From IMG/VR virus record IMGVR_UViG_2529292759_000009: DNA of 8,264 nt. One strand, given 5' to 3'. This document shows, in pieces, positions 1 to 8,045 of the stretch (positions are counted from its first letter, which is position 1; each line of letters begins with the position of its first letter). This DNA is from a virus. Taxonomy: Duplodnaviria; Heunggongvirae; Uroviricota; Caudoviricetes. The notes beneath the pieces are model-generated. The model saw nothing but the letters and a program-made list of their open reading frames with translations. It did no database searches and had not been told where the DNA came from. The position numbers and the translations under genes are program-made.

Positions 1-1002
1 AACTACCGCTTTTTTATGGTGCGTATTTCAGGAAATCCGGGAAGCCGCACGATCACGACAAGACGTGTGCCAATTATCGACGAAGCTCAGACATGGGCGG
101 CGAAACAAACCTTCAGCGCCGGTCTTTCAGGCGAACTGTCCGGCAATGCGGCTACAGCTACAAAGCTGAAAACGGCAAGGACAATTAACGGCGTGAAATT
201 TGATGGTTCTGGCAATATCAATATTAATACGCTGGTATCCAGGAATCGCGTTGCTGCATTAAGCGGGAGTGAGAAGGGGGTGCCTGGTATTCAGATGTAT
301 GAGGCATATAACAATGGCTACCCTTATGCCTATGGCAATGTGCTTCATCTTACGGGGGTATCCGCAACCGGAGAAGGTGAGTTACTTATCGGCTGGAGTG
401 GAACCAGCGGTGCTTATGCACCAGCATATATTCGTTCAAGGCGGGATACAGATGACGCTCAATGGTCTGGATGGGCACAGCTTTATACGACAGCACATAA
501 ACCATCCGCTGGTGATGTTGGTGCTTTACCGATATCCGGTGGCACTATTACAGGCGGTTTAACTGTTGATGGGGAAGTTGTTTCAAGGTCAGCAAACGGT
601 TATCGCATCGTATGTGGGAACTATGGATTCTTTATCCGAAATGATGGTAATTTCACCCATTTCATGTTGACCAACTCCGGTGACAGTATGGGGGGATGGA
701 GTAGTTTAAGGCCATTCTATATTCAGAATTCCACTGGTGGAGTCACTATTGGCCATGGATTAACTGTTGCCGGACAAGTTGTGCCAAGTAACTACGGTAA
801 TTTCGACGGGCGTTATGTGATGGATGTTCGCCTAGGAACACGTGTTGTTCAATTGATGGCGCGTGGCGGGCGTTATGAGATGGCCGGACACACACTTACC
901 GGATTAAGAATTATTGGTGAAGTTGATGGCGATGATGAAGCCATCTTCAGACCGATACAAAAATACATCAATGGCACATGGTATAACGTCGCACAGGTGT
1001 AA
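1..1002 (+). CDS. H: Tail fiber protein, C-terminal portion (P2 gpH-like); 5' end lies upstream of the window
   Basis: Frame 1 is open from base 1 (aac tac cgc ttt ttt atg gtg...) to TAA at 1000-1002, so the ATG at 16 in the ORF track is internal. The translation is Gly/Ser/Thr/Asn-rich, as expected for a fiber distal domain. It sits directly upstream of a tail fiber assembly gene, in the P2 H-G arrangement. The family assignment rests on recalled similarity, not a search. Confidence 0.85.
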   Translation, partial: NYRFFMVRISGNPGSRTITTRRVPIIDEAQTWAAKQTFSAGLSGELSGNAATATKLKTARTINGVKFDGSGNININTLVSRNRVAALSGSEKGVPGIQMYEAYNNGYPYAYGNVLHLTGVSATGEGELLIGWSGTSGAYAPAYIRSRRDTDDAQWSGWAQLYTTAHKPSAGDVGALPISGGTITGGLTVDGEVVSRSANGYRIVCGNYGFFIRNDGNFTHFMLTNSGDSMGGWSSLRPFYIQNSTGGVTIGHGLTVAGQVVPSNYGNFDGRYVMDVRLGTRVVQLMARGGRYEMAGHTLTGLRIIGEVDGDDEAIFRPIQKYINGTWYNVAQV

Positions 1003-1005
1003 GTT

Positions 1006-1533
1006 ATGCAGCATTTAAAAAATATAAGGTCAGGAAATCCGAAAACCATTGAACAATATCAACTAACAAAAAAATTCGACGTTATCTGGTTATTTTCAGA
1101 GGATGGAAAAAACTGGTATGAAGAGGTAAAGCATTTTCAGGAAGACACAATAAAGATTGTTTACGATGAGAATAATATTATTGTCGCCATTACCAAAGAT
1201 GCATCAACGCTTAATCCAGAGGGGTTCAGCGTCGTTGAAGTCCCTGATATTACCGCCAACCGACGAGCTGATGACTCAGGTAAATGGATGTTTAAGGACG
1301 GTGCCGTGATTAAGCGGATTTATACGGCAGACGAACAGCAGCAACTGGCGGAGTCAAAAAAGGCAGCTTTGCTTTCCGAAGCTGAATCCGTGATTTTGCC
1401 GCTGGAGCGCGCTGTCAGGCTGAATATGGCAACAGATGAGGAGCGCAGCCGACTGGAGGCATGGGAACGCTACAGCGTTCTGGTCAGTCGTGTGGATCCT
1501 GCAAATCCTGAATGGCCGGAACTACCACAATAA
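1006..1533 (+). CDS. G: Tail fiber assembly protein (P2 gpG / Tfa family)
   Basis: 175-aa ORF starting [14 protein letters not shown]... and ending ...[13 protein letters not shown], which I recognise as P2 gpG-like. The ATG at 1006 is 3 nt after the H stop, with an AGGTG Shine-Dalgarno at 992-996. The gene looks noticeably AT-richer than downstream genes. Confidence 0.9.
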   Translation: MQHLKNIRSGNPKTIEQYQLTKKFDVIWLFSEDGKNWYEEVKHFQEDTIKIVYDENNIIVAITKDASTLNPEGFSVVEVPDITANRRADDSGKWMFKDGAVIKRIYTADEQQQLAESKKAALLSEAESVILPLERAVRLNMATDEERSRLEAWERYSVLVSRVDPANPEWPELPQ

Positions 1534-1538
1534 ATACA

Positions 1539-1565
1539 GGCGGGCGGATTGCCCGCCTTTTCTTT
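1539..1565 (+). terminator. Rho-independent terminator after G
   Basis: GGCGGGC (1539-1545) pairs perfectly with GCCCGCC (1551-1557) around a 5-nt loop (ggatt), followed by TTTTCTTT (1558-1565). It starts 6 nt after the G stop codon. Confidence 0.8.
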
Positions 1566-1661
1566 ATCTGTTGTTTCATCCACTGACCAGCCAGGTCAAA
1601 TAGCGTCTCATGTACTGCCCAACAGAAAATAGTTGCACCAATTAACCACGGAGTTAAACGG
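1566..1661 (+). promoter_or_regulatory. Intergenic region expected to hold the Ogr-dependent late promoter of the FI operon (PF-like)
   Basis: It lies between the G terminator and the FI start, where P2 has its PF late promoter. There is a TGT-N12-CCA element at 1572-1589 (one mismatch to the TGT-N12-ACA Ogr consensus as I recall it), a perfect dyad TGACC-N5-GGTCA at 1584-1598, and a -10-like GAAAAT at 1625-1630. GGAG at 1650-1653 is the FI ribosome-binding site. The exact promoter elements are not securely identified. Confidence 0.35.
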
Positions 1662-2852
1662 ATGAGTGACTATCATCACGGCGTGCAGGTGCTGGAGATT
1701 AACGACGGCACCCGCGTCATTTCCACCGTATCCACGGCCATTGTCGGCATGGTCTGCACGGCCAGCGATGCGGATGCGGAAACCTTCCCCCTCAATAAAC
1801 CTGTGCTGATTACCAATGTGCAGAGCGCAATTGCAAAGGCCGGTAAAAAAGGCACGCTGGCGGCATCGTTGCAGGCCATCGCCGACCAGTCAAAACCGGT
1901 CACCGTTGTCGTGCGTGTGGAAGACGGCACCGGCGACGATGAAGAAACGAAACTCGCGCAGACCGTTTCCAATATCATCGGCACCACTGACGAAAACGGT
2001 CAGTACACCGGACTGAAAGCCCTGCTGGCGGCGGAGTCGGTAACCGGTGTTAAGCCGCGCATTCTCGGTGTGCCGGGACTGGACACCAAAGAGGTTGCCG
2101 TCGCACTGGCATCAGTCTGTCAGAAGCTGCGCGCTTTCGGGTATATCAGCGCATGGGGCTGTAAAACCATTTCTGAGGTGAAAGCCTACCGCCAGAATTT
2201 CAGCCAGCGTGAGCTGATGGTCATCTGGCCGGATTTCCTCGCATGGGATACGGTCACCAGTACTACCGCCACCGCGTATGCCACCGCCCGTGCGTTGGGG
2301 CTGCGTGCCAAAATCGACCAGGAGCAGGGATGGCATAAAACGCTGTCCAACGTCGGGGTGAACGGTGTTACCGGCATCAGCGCATCTGTATTCTGGGATT
2401 TGCAGGAGTCCGGCACCGATGCTGACCTGCTGAACGAGTCAGGCGTCACAACGCTGATTCGCCGCGACGGTTTCCGCTTCTGGGGTAACCGTACCTGCTC
2501 TGATGACCCGCTGTTCCTCTTTGAAAACTACACCCGCACCGCGCAGGTGCTGGCCGACACGATGGCTGAGGCGCACATGTGGGCGGTGGATAAGCCCATC
2601 ACCGCAACGCTGATTCGCGACATCGTTGACGGCATCAATGCCAAATTCCGTGAGCTGAAAACAAACGGCTATATCGTGGATGCGACCTGCTGGTTCAGCG
2701 AAGAATCCAACGATGCGGAAACCCTCAAGGCCGGAAAACTGTATATCGACTACGACTATACCCCGGTGCCTCCTCTTGAAAACCTGACCCTGCGCCAGCG
2801 TATTACTGATAAATACCTGGCAAATCTGGTCACCTCGGTTAACAGCAATTAA
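1662..2852 (+). CDS. FI: Contractile tail sheath protein (P2 gpFI)
   Basis: 396-aa ORF starting MSDYHHGVQVLEINDGTRVISTV..., with sheath-family length and sequence character. The start is preceded by GGAG 8 nt upstream. The gene order sheath-tube-chaperone-tape measure follows. Confidence 0.93.
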   Translation: MSDYHHGVQVLEINDGTRVISTVSTAIVGMVCTASDADAETFPLNKPVLITNVQSAIAKAGKKGTLAASLQAIADQSKPVTVVVRVEDGTGDDEETKLAQTVSNIIGTTDENGQYTGLKALLAAESVTGVKPRILGVPGLDTKEVAVALASVCQKLRAFGYISAWGCKTISEVKAYRQNFSQRELMVIWPDFLAWDTVTSTTATAYATARALGLRAKIDQEQGWHKTLSNVGVNGVTGISASVFWDLQESGTDADLLNESGVTTLIRRDGFRFWGNRTCSDDPLFLFENYTRTAQVLADTMAEAHMWAVDKPITATLIRDIVDGINAKFRELKTNGYIVDATCWFSEESNDAETLKAGKLYIDYDYTPVPPLENLTLRQRITDKYLANLVTSVNSN

Positions 2853-2864
2853 GGAGCCTGACCG

Positions 2865-3383
2865 ATGGCAATGCCGCGCAAACTCAAATACATGAATGTC
2901 TTTCTGAACGGCTACAGCTATCAGGGCGTTGCAACGTCCGTCACGCTGCCAAAACTGACCCGTAAGCTCGAAAATTATCGCGGTGCGGGGATGAACGGCA
3001 GCGCACCGGTAGACCTCGGCCTTGATGACGATGCGCTGTCAATGGAGTGGTCGCTCGGGGGGTTCCCGGATTCGGTTATCTGGGAGCTTTACGCTGCAAC
3101 CAGTGTTGATGCCGTACCGATTCGTTTTGCTGGTTCTTACCAGCGCGACGATACCGGCGAAACGGTGGCCGTCGAAGTGGTCATGCGTGGGCGTCAGAAA
3201 GAAGTCGACACCGGAGAGGGTAAACAGGGAGAGGATACCGAATCGAAACTCCCGGTGATTTGTACTTATTTCCGGCTGACGATGGACGGTAAGGAGCTGG
3301 TCGAAATCGACACCATCAACATGATTGAGAAGGTGAACGGCGTCGACCGGCTGGAGCAACACCGCCGTAATATCGGCCTGTGA
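2865..3383 (+). CDS. FII: Tail tube protein (P2 gpFII)
   Basis: 172-aa ORF starting MAMPRKLKYMNVFLNGYSYQGVATSV.... AGGAG at 2852-2856 overlaps the FI stop and lies 8 nt before the ATG. Position immediately after the sheath gene fits a tube protein. Confidence 0.92.
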   Translation: MAMPRKLKYMNVFLNGYSYQGVATSVTLPKLTRKLENYRGAGMNGSAPVDLGLDDDALSMEWSLGGFPDSVIWELYAATSVDAVPIRFAGSYQRDDTGETVAVEVVMRGRQKEVDTGEGKQGEDTESKLPVICTYFRLTMDGKELVEIDTINMIEKVNGVDRLEQHRRNIGL

Positions 3384-3391
3384 TTTTCATA

Positions 3392-3410
3392 CGGTCAGCC
3401 AGGCTGACCG
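3392..3410 (+). other. Perfect inverted repeat (RNA hairpin) in the FII-E intergenic region, with no U-tract
   Basis: CGGTCAGCC (3392-3400), A, GGCTGACCG (3402-3410): 9-bp perfect arms, or 8 bp with a 3-nt loop. It lies 9 nt after the FII stop and is followed by gttaaccctg, not a T-run. Confidence 0.5.
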
Positions 3411-3439
3411 GTTAACCCTGATTCAGAAGTGAGAAAAAC

Positions 3440-3715
3440 ATGAACAAAGAAAATGTCATTACCCTGGACAATCCGGTCAAACGTGGTGAGCAGGTTATCG
3501 AACAGGTCACGCTGATGAAACCTAATGCCGGGACGCTTCGCGGAGTCAGTCTGGCTGCGGTCGCGAACTCCGAAGTCGATGCACTGATTAAAGTGCTGCC
3601 GCGCATGACGGCACCGATGCTGACCGAGCAGGAGGTCGCCGCGCTGGAGCTGCCTGACCTTGTGGCGCTGGCCGGTAAGGTGGTCGGTTTTTTGTCGCCG
3701 AACTCGGTGCAGTGA
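3440..3715 (+). CDS. E: Tail assembly chaperone gpE (zero-frame product)
   Basis: 91-aa ORF MNKENVITLDNPVKRGEQVIEQV...VVGFLSPNSVQ ending at TGA 3713-3715. It sits between the tube and tape measure genes, where the tail chaperone pair is found. Confidence 0.9.
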   Translation: MNKENVITLDNPVKRGEQVIEQVTLMKPNAGTLRGVSLAAVANSEVDALIKVLPRMTAPMLTEQEVAALELPDLVALAGKVVGFLSPNSVQ

Positions 3716-3867
3716 CGTTTCCGAAAAATCTCTCGGTCGATGACCTGATGGCGGATGTGGCAGTGATATTTCACTGGCCGCCATCAGAACTGTATCCCAT
3801 GAGCCTGACCGAACTCATCACATGGCGCGAAAAGGCGCTCCGGCGAAGCGGAAACACGAATGAGTAA
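3440..3867 (+). CDS. E+E': Tail assembly chaperone gpE+E', made by a programmed -1 ribosomal frameshift at 3688-3694
   Basis: The slippery heptamer T TTT TTG (3688-3694) sits in zero-frame codons GGT TTT TTG. After a -1 slip, reading continues from 3694 (GTC) through 57 codons, VAELGAVTFPKNLSVDDLMADVAVIFHWPPSELYPMSLTELITWREKALRRSGNTNE, to TAA at 3865-3867. That gives 142 aa, overlapping the T start (ATG 3860) by 8 nt. This matches the P2 E/E' arrangement as I recall it. Confidence 0.8.
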
Positions 3868-6307
3868 CAATGTAAAATTACAGGTATTGCTCAGGGCTGT
3901 TGACCAGGCATCCCGCCCGTTTAAATCCATCCGTACAGCGAGCAAGTCGCTGTCGGGGGATATCCGGGAAACACAAAAATCACTGCGCGAGCTGAACGGT
4001 CACGCATCCCGTATTGAGGGATTTCGCAAGACCAGTGCACAGCTCGCCGTGACTGGTCATGCACTTGAAAAGGCTCGGCAGGAAGCCGAAGCCCTTGCCA
4101 CACAGTTTAAAAATACCGAACGACCGACCCGTGCTCAGGCGAAAGTGCTGGAATCCGCAAAGCGTGCGGCGGAGGACTTACAGGCGAAATATAACCGCCT
4201 GACGGATTCCGTTAAACGCCAGCAGCGGGAACTGGCCGCTGTGGGAATTAATACCCGCAATCTTGCACATGATGAGCAGGGACTGAAAAACCGTATCAGT
4301 GAAACCACCGCACAGCTTAACCGTCAGCGTGATGCGCTGGCGCGTGTCAGTGCGCAACAGGCAAAACTTAACGCAGTCAAACAGCGTTATCAGGCCGGAA
4401 AGGAACTGGCCGGAAATATGGCCTCAGTGGGCGCTGCCGGTGTGGGGATTGCGGCGGCGGGAACGATGGCCGGTGTTAAGCTGCTGATGCCAGGTTATGA
4501 GTTTGCGCAGAAAAACTCAGAATTGCAGGCCGTGCTCGGTGTGGCAAAAGACTCCGCCGAAATGGCTGCACTACGCAAGCAGGCGCGTCAGCTCGGCGAC
4601 AATACCGCAGCCTCGGCAGATGATGCAGCCGGTGCGCAGATTATTATTGCGAAAGCCGGTGGGGATGTTGATGCCATTCAGGCGGCAACGCCGGTCACGC
4701 TGAATATGGCACTGGCGAATCAGCGGTCGATGGAAGAAAACGCCGCCCTGCTGATGGGGATGAAATCCGCCTTTCAGCTTTCAAACGATAAGGTCGCTCA
4801 TATCGGGGATGTTCTCTCCATGACGATGAACAAAACCGCCGCCGATTTTGACGGTATGAGCGATGCGCTGACCTATGCCGCACCTGTGGCAAAAAATGCC
4901 GGTGTCAGCATTGAAGAAACCGCCGCAATGGTCGGGGCGCTGCATGATGCAAAAATTACCGGTTCAATGGCGGGGACGGGAAGCCGTGCCGTGTTAAGCC
5001 GCCTGCAGGCACCGACGGGAAAAGCATGGGATGCACTGAAAGAGCTTGGTGTGAAAACCTCAGACAGTAAGGGAAACACCCGGCCAGTATTTACCATTCT
5101 GAAAGAAATGCAGGCCAGTTTTGAGAAAAACCGGCTCGGTACTGCCCAGCAGGCTGAATACATGAAAACCATTTTCGGGGAGGAGGCCAGCTCAGCCGCC
5201 GCCGTGCTGATGACTGCCGCCTCAACCGGAAAGCTGGACAAACTGACCGCTGCGTTTAAAGCCTCAGACGGAAAGACCGCAGAGCTGGTAAATATCATGC
5301 AGGACAACCTCGGCGGTGACTTTAAGGAGTTTCAGTCCGCTTATGAGGCGGTGGGGACTGACCTGTTTGACCAGCAGGAAGGCGCACTGCGTAATCTCAT
5401 GCAGACAGCCACAAAGTATGTGCTAAAACTCGACGGCTGGATCCAGAAAAACAAATCACTGGCGTCAACCATCGGCCTCATTGCCGGTGGCGCACTGGCG
5501 CTGACTGGCATCATCGGTGCCATTGGTCTTGTAGCCTGGCCGGTTATCACCGGCATCAATGCCATTATCGCGGCAGCAGGCGCAATGGGGACAATCCTCA
5601 CGACGGTTGGCAGTGCTGTTATGACCGCTATTGGGGCGATTAGCTGGCCGGTTGTGGCTGTGGTGGCCGCCATTGTCGCCGGGGCGTTGCTTATCCGTAA
5701 ATACTGGGAGCCTGTCAGCGCATTCTTTGGCGGTGTGGTGGAAGGGCTGAAAGCGGCATTTGCGCCGGTGGGGGAACTGTTCACGCCACTTAAGCCGGTG
5801 TTTGACTGGCTGGGAGAAAAGTTACAGGCCGCGTGGCAGTGGTTTAAAAACCTGATTGCCCCGGTTAAAGCCACACAGGACACCCTGAACCGTTGCCGTG
5901 ACACGGGCGTCATGTTCGGGCAGGCACTGGCTGACGCGCTGATGCTGCCGCTTAATGCGTTCAACAAACTGCGCAGTGGTATTGACTGGGTACTGGAAAA
6001 ACTCGGTGTTATCAACAAAGAGTCAGACACACTTGACCAGACCGCCGCAAGGACTAATGCCGCCACGTATGGCACCGGTGGTTATATTCCGGCGACCAGC
6101 TCTTATGCAGGCTATCAGGCTTATCAGCCGGTCACGGCACCGGCTGGCCGCTCTTATGTAGACCAGAGTAAAAACGAATATCACATCAGCCTGCCGGGTG
6201 GTACTGCGCCGGGGACACAGCTTGACCGCCAGTTACAGGATGCGCTCGAAAAATACGAGCGGGATAAACGTGCGCGCGCCCGTGCCAGCATGATGCATGA
6301 CGGTTAA
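3860..6307 (+). CDS. T: Tail length tape measure protein (P2 gpT)
   Basis: 815-aa ORF with a charged, Ala/Gln/Arg/Lys-rich, coiled-coil-like N-terminal third (...KRAAEDLQAKYNRLTDSVKRQQRELAAVG...). A long Gly/Ala/Ile-rich hydrophobic stretch is encoded at about 5456-5695. Location after the frameshifted chaperone pair is typical of tape measure genes. Confidence 0.93.
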   Translation: MSNNVKLQVLLRAVDQASRPFKSIRTASKSLSGDIRETQKSLRELNGHASRIEGFRKTSAQLAVTGHALEKARQEAEALATQFKNTERPTRAQAKVLESAKRAAEDLQAKYNRLTDSVKRQQRELAAVGINTRNLAHDEQGLKNRISETTAQLNRQRDALARVSAQQAKLNAVKQRYQAGKELAGNMASVGAAGVGIAAAGTMAGVKLLMPGYEFAQKNSELQAVLGVAKDSAEMAALRKQARQLGDNTAASADDAAGAQIIIAKAGGDVDAIQAATPVTLNMALANQRSMEENAALLMGMKSAFQLSNDKVAHIGDVLSMTMNKTAADFDGMSDALTYAAPVAKNAGVSIEETAAMVGALHDAKITGSMAGTGSRAVLSRLQAPTGKAWDALKELGVKTSDSKGNTRPVFTILKEMQASFEKNRLGTAQQAEYMKTIFGEEASSAAAVLMTAASTGKLDKLTAAFKASDGKTAELVNIMQDNLGGDFKEFQSAYEAVGTDLFDQQEGALRNLMQTATKYVLKLDGWIQKNKSLASTIGLIAGGALALTGIIGAIGLVAWPVITGINAIIAAAGAMGTILTTVGSAVMTAIGAISWPVVAVVAAIVAGALLIRKYWEPVSAFFGGVVEGLKAAFAPVGELFTPLKPVFDWLGEKLQAAWQWFKNLIAPVKATQDTLNRCRDTGVMFGQALADALMLPLNAFNKLRSGIDWVLEKLGVINKESDTLDQTAARTNAATYGTGGYIPATSSYAGYQAYQPVTAPAGRSYVDQSKNEYHISLPGGTAPGTQLDRQLQDALEKYERDKRARARASMMHDG

Positions 6308-6321
6308 GGAGGTGACGAAAA

Positions 6322-6801
6322 ATGATGCTCGCGTTAGGTATGTTTGTTTTTATGCGCCAGACGCTGCCACACCAGACCATGCAGCGTGAATCAGATTATC
6401 GCTGGCCGTCAAATTCCCGTATCGGTAAACGGGATGCCTTTCAGTTTCTCGGTGTGGGCGAGGAAAACATCACGCTTGCCGGTGTGCTTTATCCCGAACT
6501 GACCGGCGGCAAGCTGACGATGACCACGCTCAGACTGATGGCAGAGGAAGGCCGGGCGTGGCCGTTGCTGGATGGCACCGGCATGATTTACGGTATGTAT
6601 GTCATCAGCAGGGTGAGTGAAACAGGGAGTATTTTCTTTGCAGACGGCACACCCCGGAAAATTGATTTTACGCTGTCGCTCACCCGCGTTGATGAATCAC
6701 TGGCCGCGCTTTATGGCGATATCGGTAAACAGGCGGAGTCGCTCATCGGTAAGGCCGGCAGTCTGGCGACCAGATTCACAGGTATGATGGGGGCGGGATA
6801 A
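6322..6801 (+). CDS. U: Tail protein gpU (tail terminator/completion-type protein)
   Basis: 159-aa ORF MMLALGMFVFMRQTLPHQTMQRESDYRWPSN.... A strong AGGAGG Shine-Dalgarno at 6307-6312 lies 9 nt before the ATG. The stop TAA (6799-6801) overlaps the D start as TAATG. Confidence 0.9.
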   Translation: MMLALGMFVFMRQTLPHQTMQRESDYRWPSNSRIGKRDAFQFLGVGEENITLAGVLYPELTGGKLTMTTLRLMAEEGRAWPLLDGTGMIYGMYVISRVSETGSIFFADGTPRKIDFTLSLTRVDESLAALYGDIGKQAESLIGKAGSLATRFTGMMGAG

Positions 6802-7964
6802 TGCTGGATGCGCTGACATTTGATGCAGGCAGTACGCTGACGCCGGATTACATGCTGATGCTCGACAGCAGGGATATTACCGGCAATATCAGCGACCGTC
6901 TGATGAGCATGACTCTGACGGATAACCGGGGCTTTGAAGCTGACCAGCTTGATATTGAACTGAACGATGCCGACGGGCAGGTCGGGCTGCCGGTTCGTGG
7001 CGCTGTCCTGACGGTGTATATCGGCTGGAAAGGTTTTGCCCTGGTATGCAAAGGGAAATTTACCGTTGATGAGGTTGAACACCGGGGCGCGCCGGATGTG
7101 GTCACCATCCGTGCCCGGAGTGCAGATTTTCGCGGGACGCTCAATTCCCGCCGTGAAGGCTCATGGCATGACACCACGCTCGGCGCGATTGTTGAGGCGA
7201 TTGCCTCCCGTAACAGGCTGGAAGCCAGTGTCGCGCCGTCACTGGCCGGAATTAAAATCCCGCACATCGACCAGTCGCAGGAGTCAGATGCGAAATTCCT
7301 GACCCGTCTTGCTGAACGCAACGGCGGTGAGGTGTCGGTAAAAATGGGAAAACTGTTGTTTCTCAAAGCGGGGCAGGGGGTGACGGCCAGCGGTAAAAAA
7401 ATCCCGCAGGTCACCATCACCCGCAGCGACGGCGACCGCCATCATTTTGCGATTGCTGACCGTGGAGCCTATACCGGCGTAACGGCAAAGTGGTTACACA
7501 CCAAAGACCCGAAACCGCAAAAGCAGAAGGTAAAACTGAAACGCAAAAAGAAAGAAAAACACCTGCGCGCACTGGAGCACCCGAAAGCGAAACCGGTCAG
7601 GCAGAAGAAAGCGCCTAAAGTACCGGAAGCGCGCGAAGGTGAATACATGGCCGGTGAGGCTGATAACGTTTTTGCCCTGACTACGGTATATGCCACGAAA
7701 GCGCAGGCCATGCGCGCCGCTCAGGCGAAGTGGGATAAACTGCAACGGGGCGTAGCGGAGTTCTCCATCAGCCTGGCTACCGGTCGGGCAGATATTTACA
7801 CGGAAACACCGGTTAAAGTGTCAGGCTTTAAGCGCGTCATAGACGAGCAGGACTGGACAATCACTAAGGTGACACACTTTCTGAATAATTCCGGCTTCAC
7901 GACGTCCTTAGAACTTGAGGTAAGGCTTTCTGATGTGGAGTACGAAACAGAAGATAATGAGTGA
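6801..7964 (+). CDS. D: Tail protein gpD (P2 'late control gene D' family)
   Basis: 387-aa ORF MLDALTFDAGSTLTPDYMLMLDSRDITGNISDRL.... The ATG overlaps the U stop by one base, suggesting translational coupling. It contains an internal lysine-rich segment encoded at about 7503-7625. Confidence 0.9.
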   Translation: MLDALTFDAGSTLTPDYMLMLDSRDITGNISDRLMSMTLTDNRGFEADQLDIELNDADGQVGLPVRGAVLTVYIGWKGFALVCKGKFTVDEVEHRGAPDVVTIRARSADFRGTLNSRREGSWHDTTLGAIVEAIASRNRLEASVAPSLAGIKIPHIDQSQESDAKFLTRLAERNGGEVSVKMGKLLFLKAGQGVTASGKKIPQVTITRSDGDRHHFAIADRGAYTGVTAKWLHTKDPKPQKQKVKLKRKKKEKHLRALEHPKAKPVRQKKAPKVPEAREGEYMAGEADNVFALTTVYATKAQAMRAAQAKWDKLQRGVAEFSISLATGRADIYTETPVKVSGFKRVIDEQDWTITKVTHFLNNSGFTTSLELEVRLSDVEYETEDNE

Positions 7965-7982
7965 TGTTTTTATTTTATCTGT

Positions 7983-8011
7983 TTGTTTTATAAGGATAAA
8001 TTAACTAAAAT
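7983..8011 (+). promoter_or_regulatory. Candidate sigma70-type promoter for ogr
   Basis: TTGTTT (7983-7988), 17-bp spacer, TAAAAT (8006-8011), in the AT-rich D-ogr intergenic region. This would start transcription about 25-30 nt before the ogr ATG. It is a motif match only. Confidence 0.3.
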
Positions 8012-8045
8012 GGCACCATCAACAAAACCGGAAGAGGTGCTCGCG

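Noticed and set aside
269-562. 97-aa alternate-frame + strand ORF inside H
   Set aside because: Out of frame within the tail fiber coding sequence. The translation is Met/Cys/His-rich, atypical of a real protein, and lacks a ribosome-binding site.
1568-1625. Long-range inverted repeat CTGTTG (1568-1573) and CAACAG (1620-1625) flanking the promoter region
   Set aside because: The arms are only 6 bp and about 46 nt apart, too short and too distant to argue for a structured element. It is plausibly chance.
1676-2449. Minus-strand and alternate-frame ORFs within FI (1676-1987, 1816-2016, 2112-2336, 2186-2449)
   Set aside because: All are nested in the tail sheath gene, short, and compositionally biased. 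Nothing suggests overlapping genes here.
3395-3784. Two overlapping minus-strand ORFs (129 and 120 aa) across the E region
   Set aside because: They overlap each other and the E/E' genes on the opposite strand. The products are Arg/Ser-rich with no recognisable features, and are most likely chance open frames.
5341-6075. 244-aa minus-strand ORF inside T
   Set aside because: It lies wholly antisense to the well-supported tape measure gene. The product is low-complexity and Ala/Ser/Pro/Thr-rich, typical of spurious reverse frames in GC-rich coding sequence, and it has no convincing ribosome-binding site.
6848-7420. 190-aa minus-strand ORF inside D (and 123-aa ORF at 6711-7082)
   Set aside because: Antisense to the U and D coding sequences, with a Ser/Arg/Pro-rich low-complexity translation and no independent support.
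7965-7982. T-rich stretch after the D stop as a possible terminator
   Set aside because: It has a T-run but no preceding GC-rich stem, so it does not form a canonical intrinsic terminator. It more likely belongs to the AT-rich ogr promoter region.
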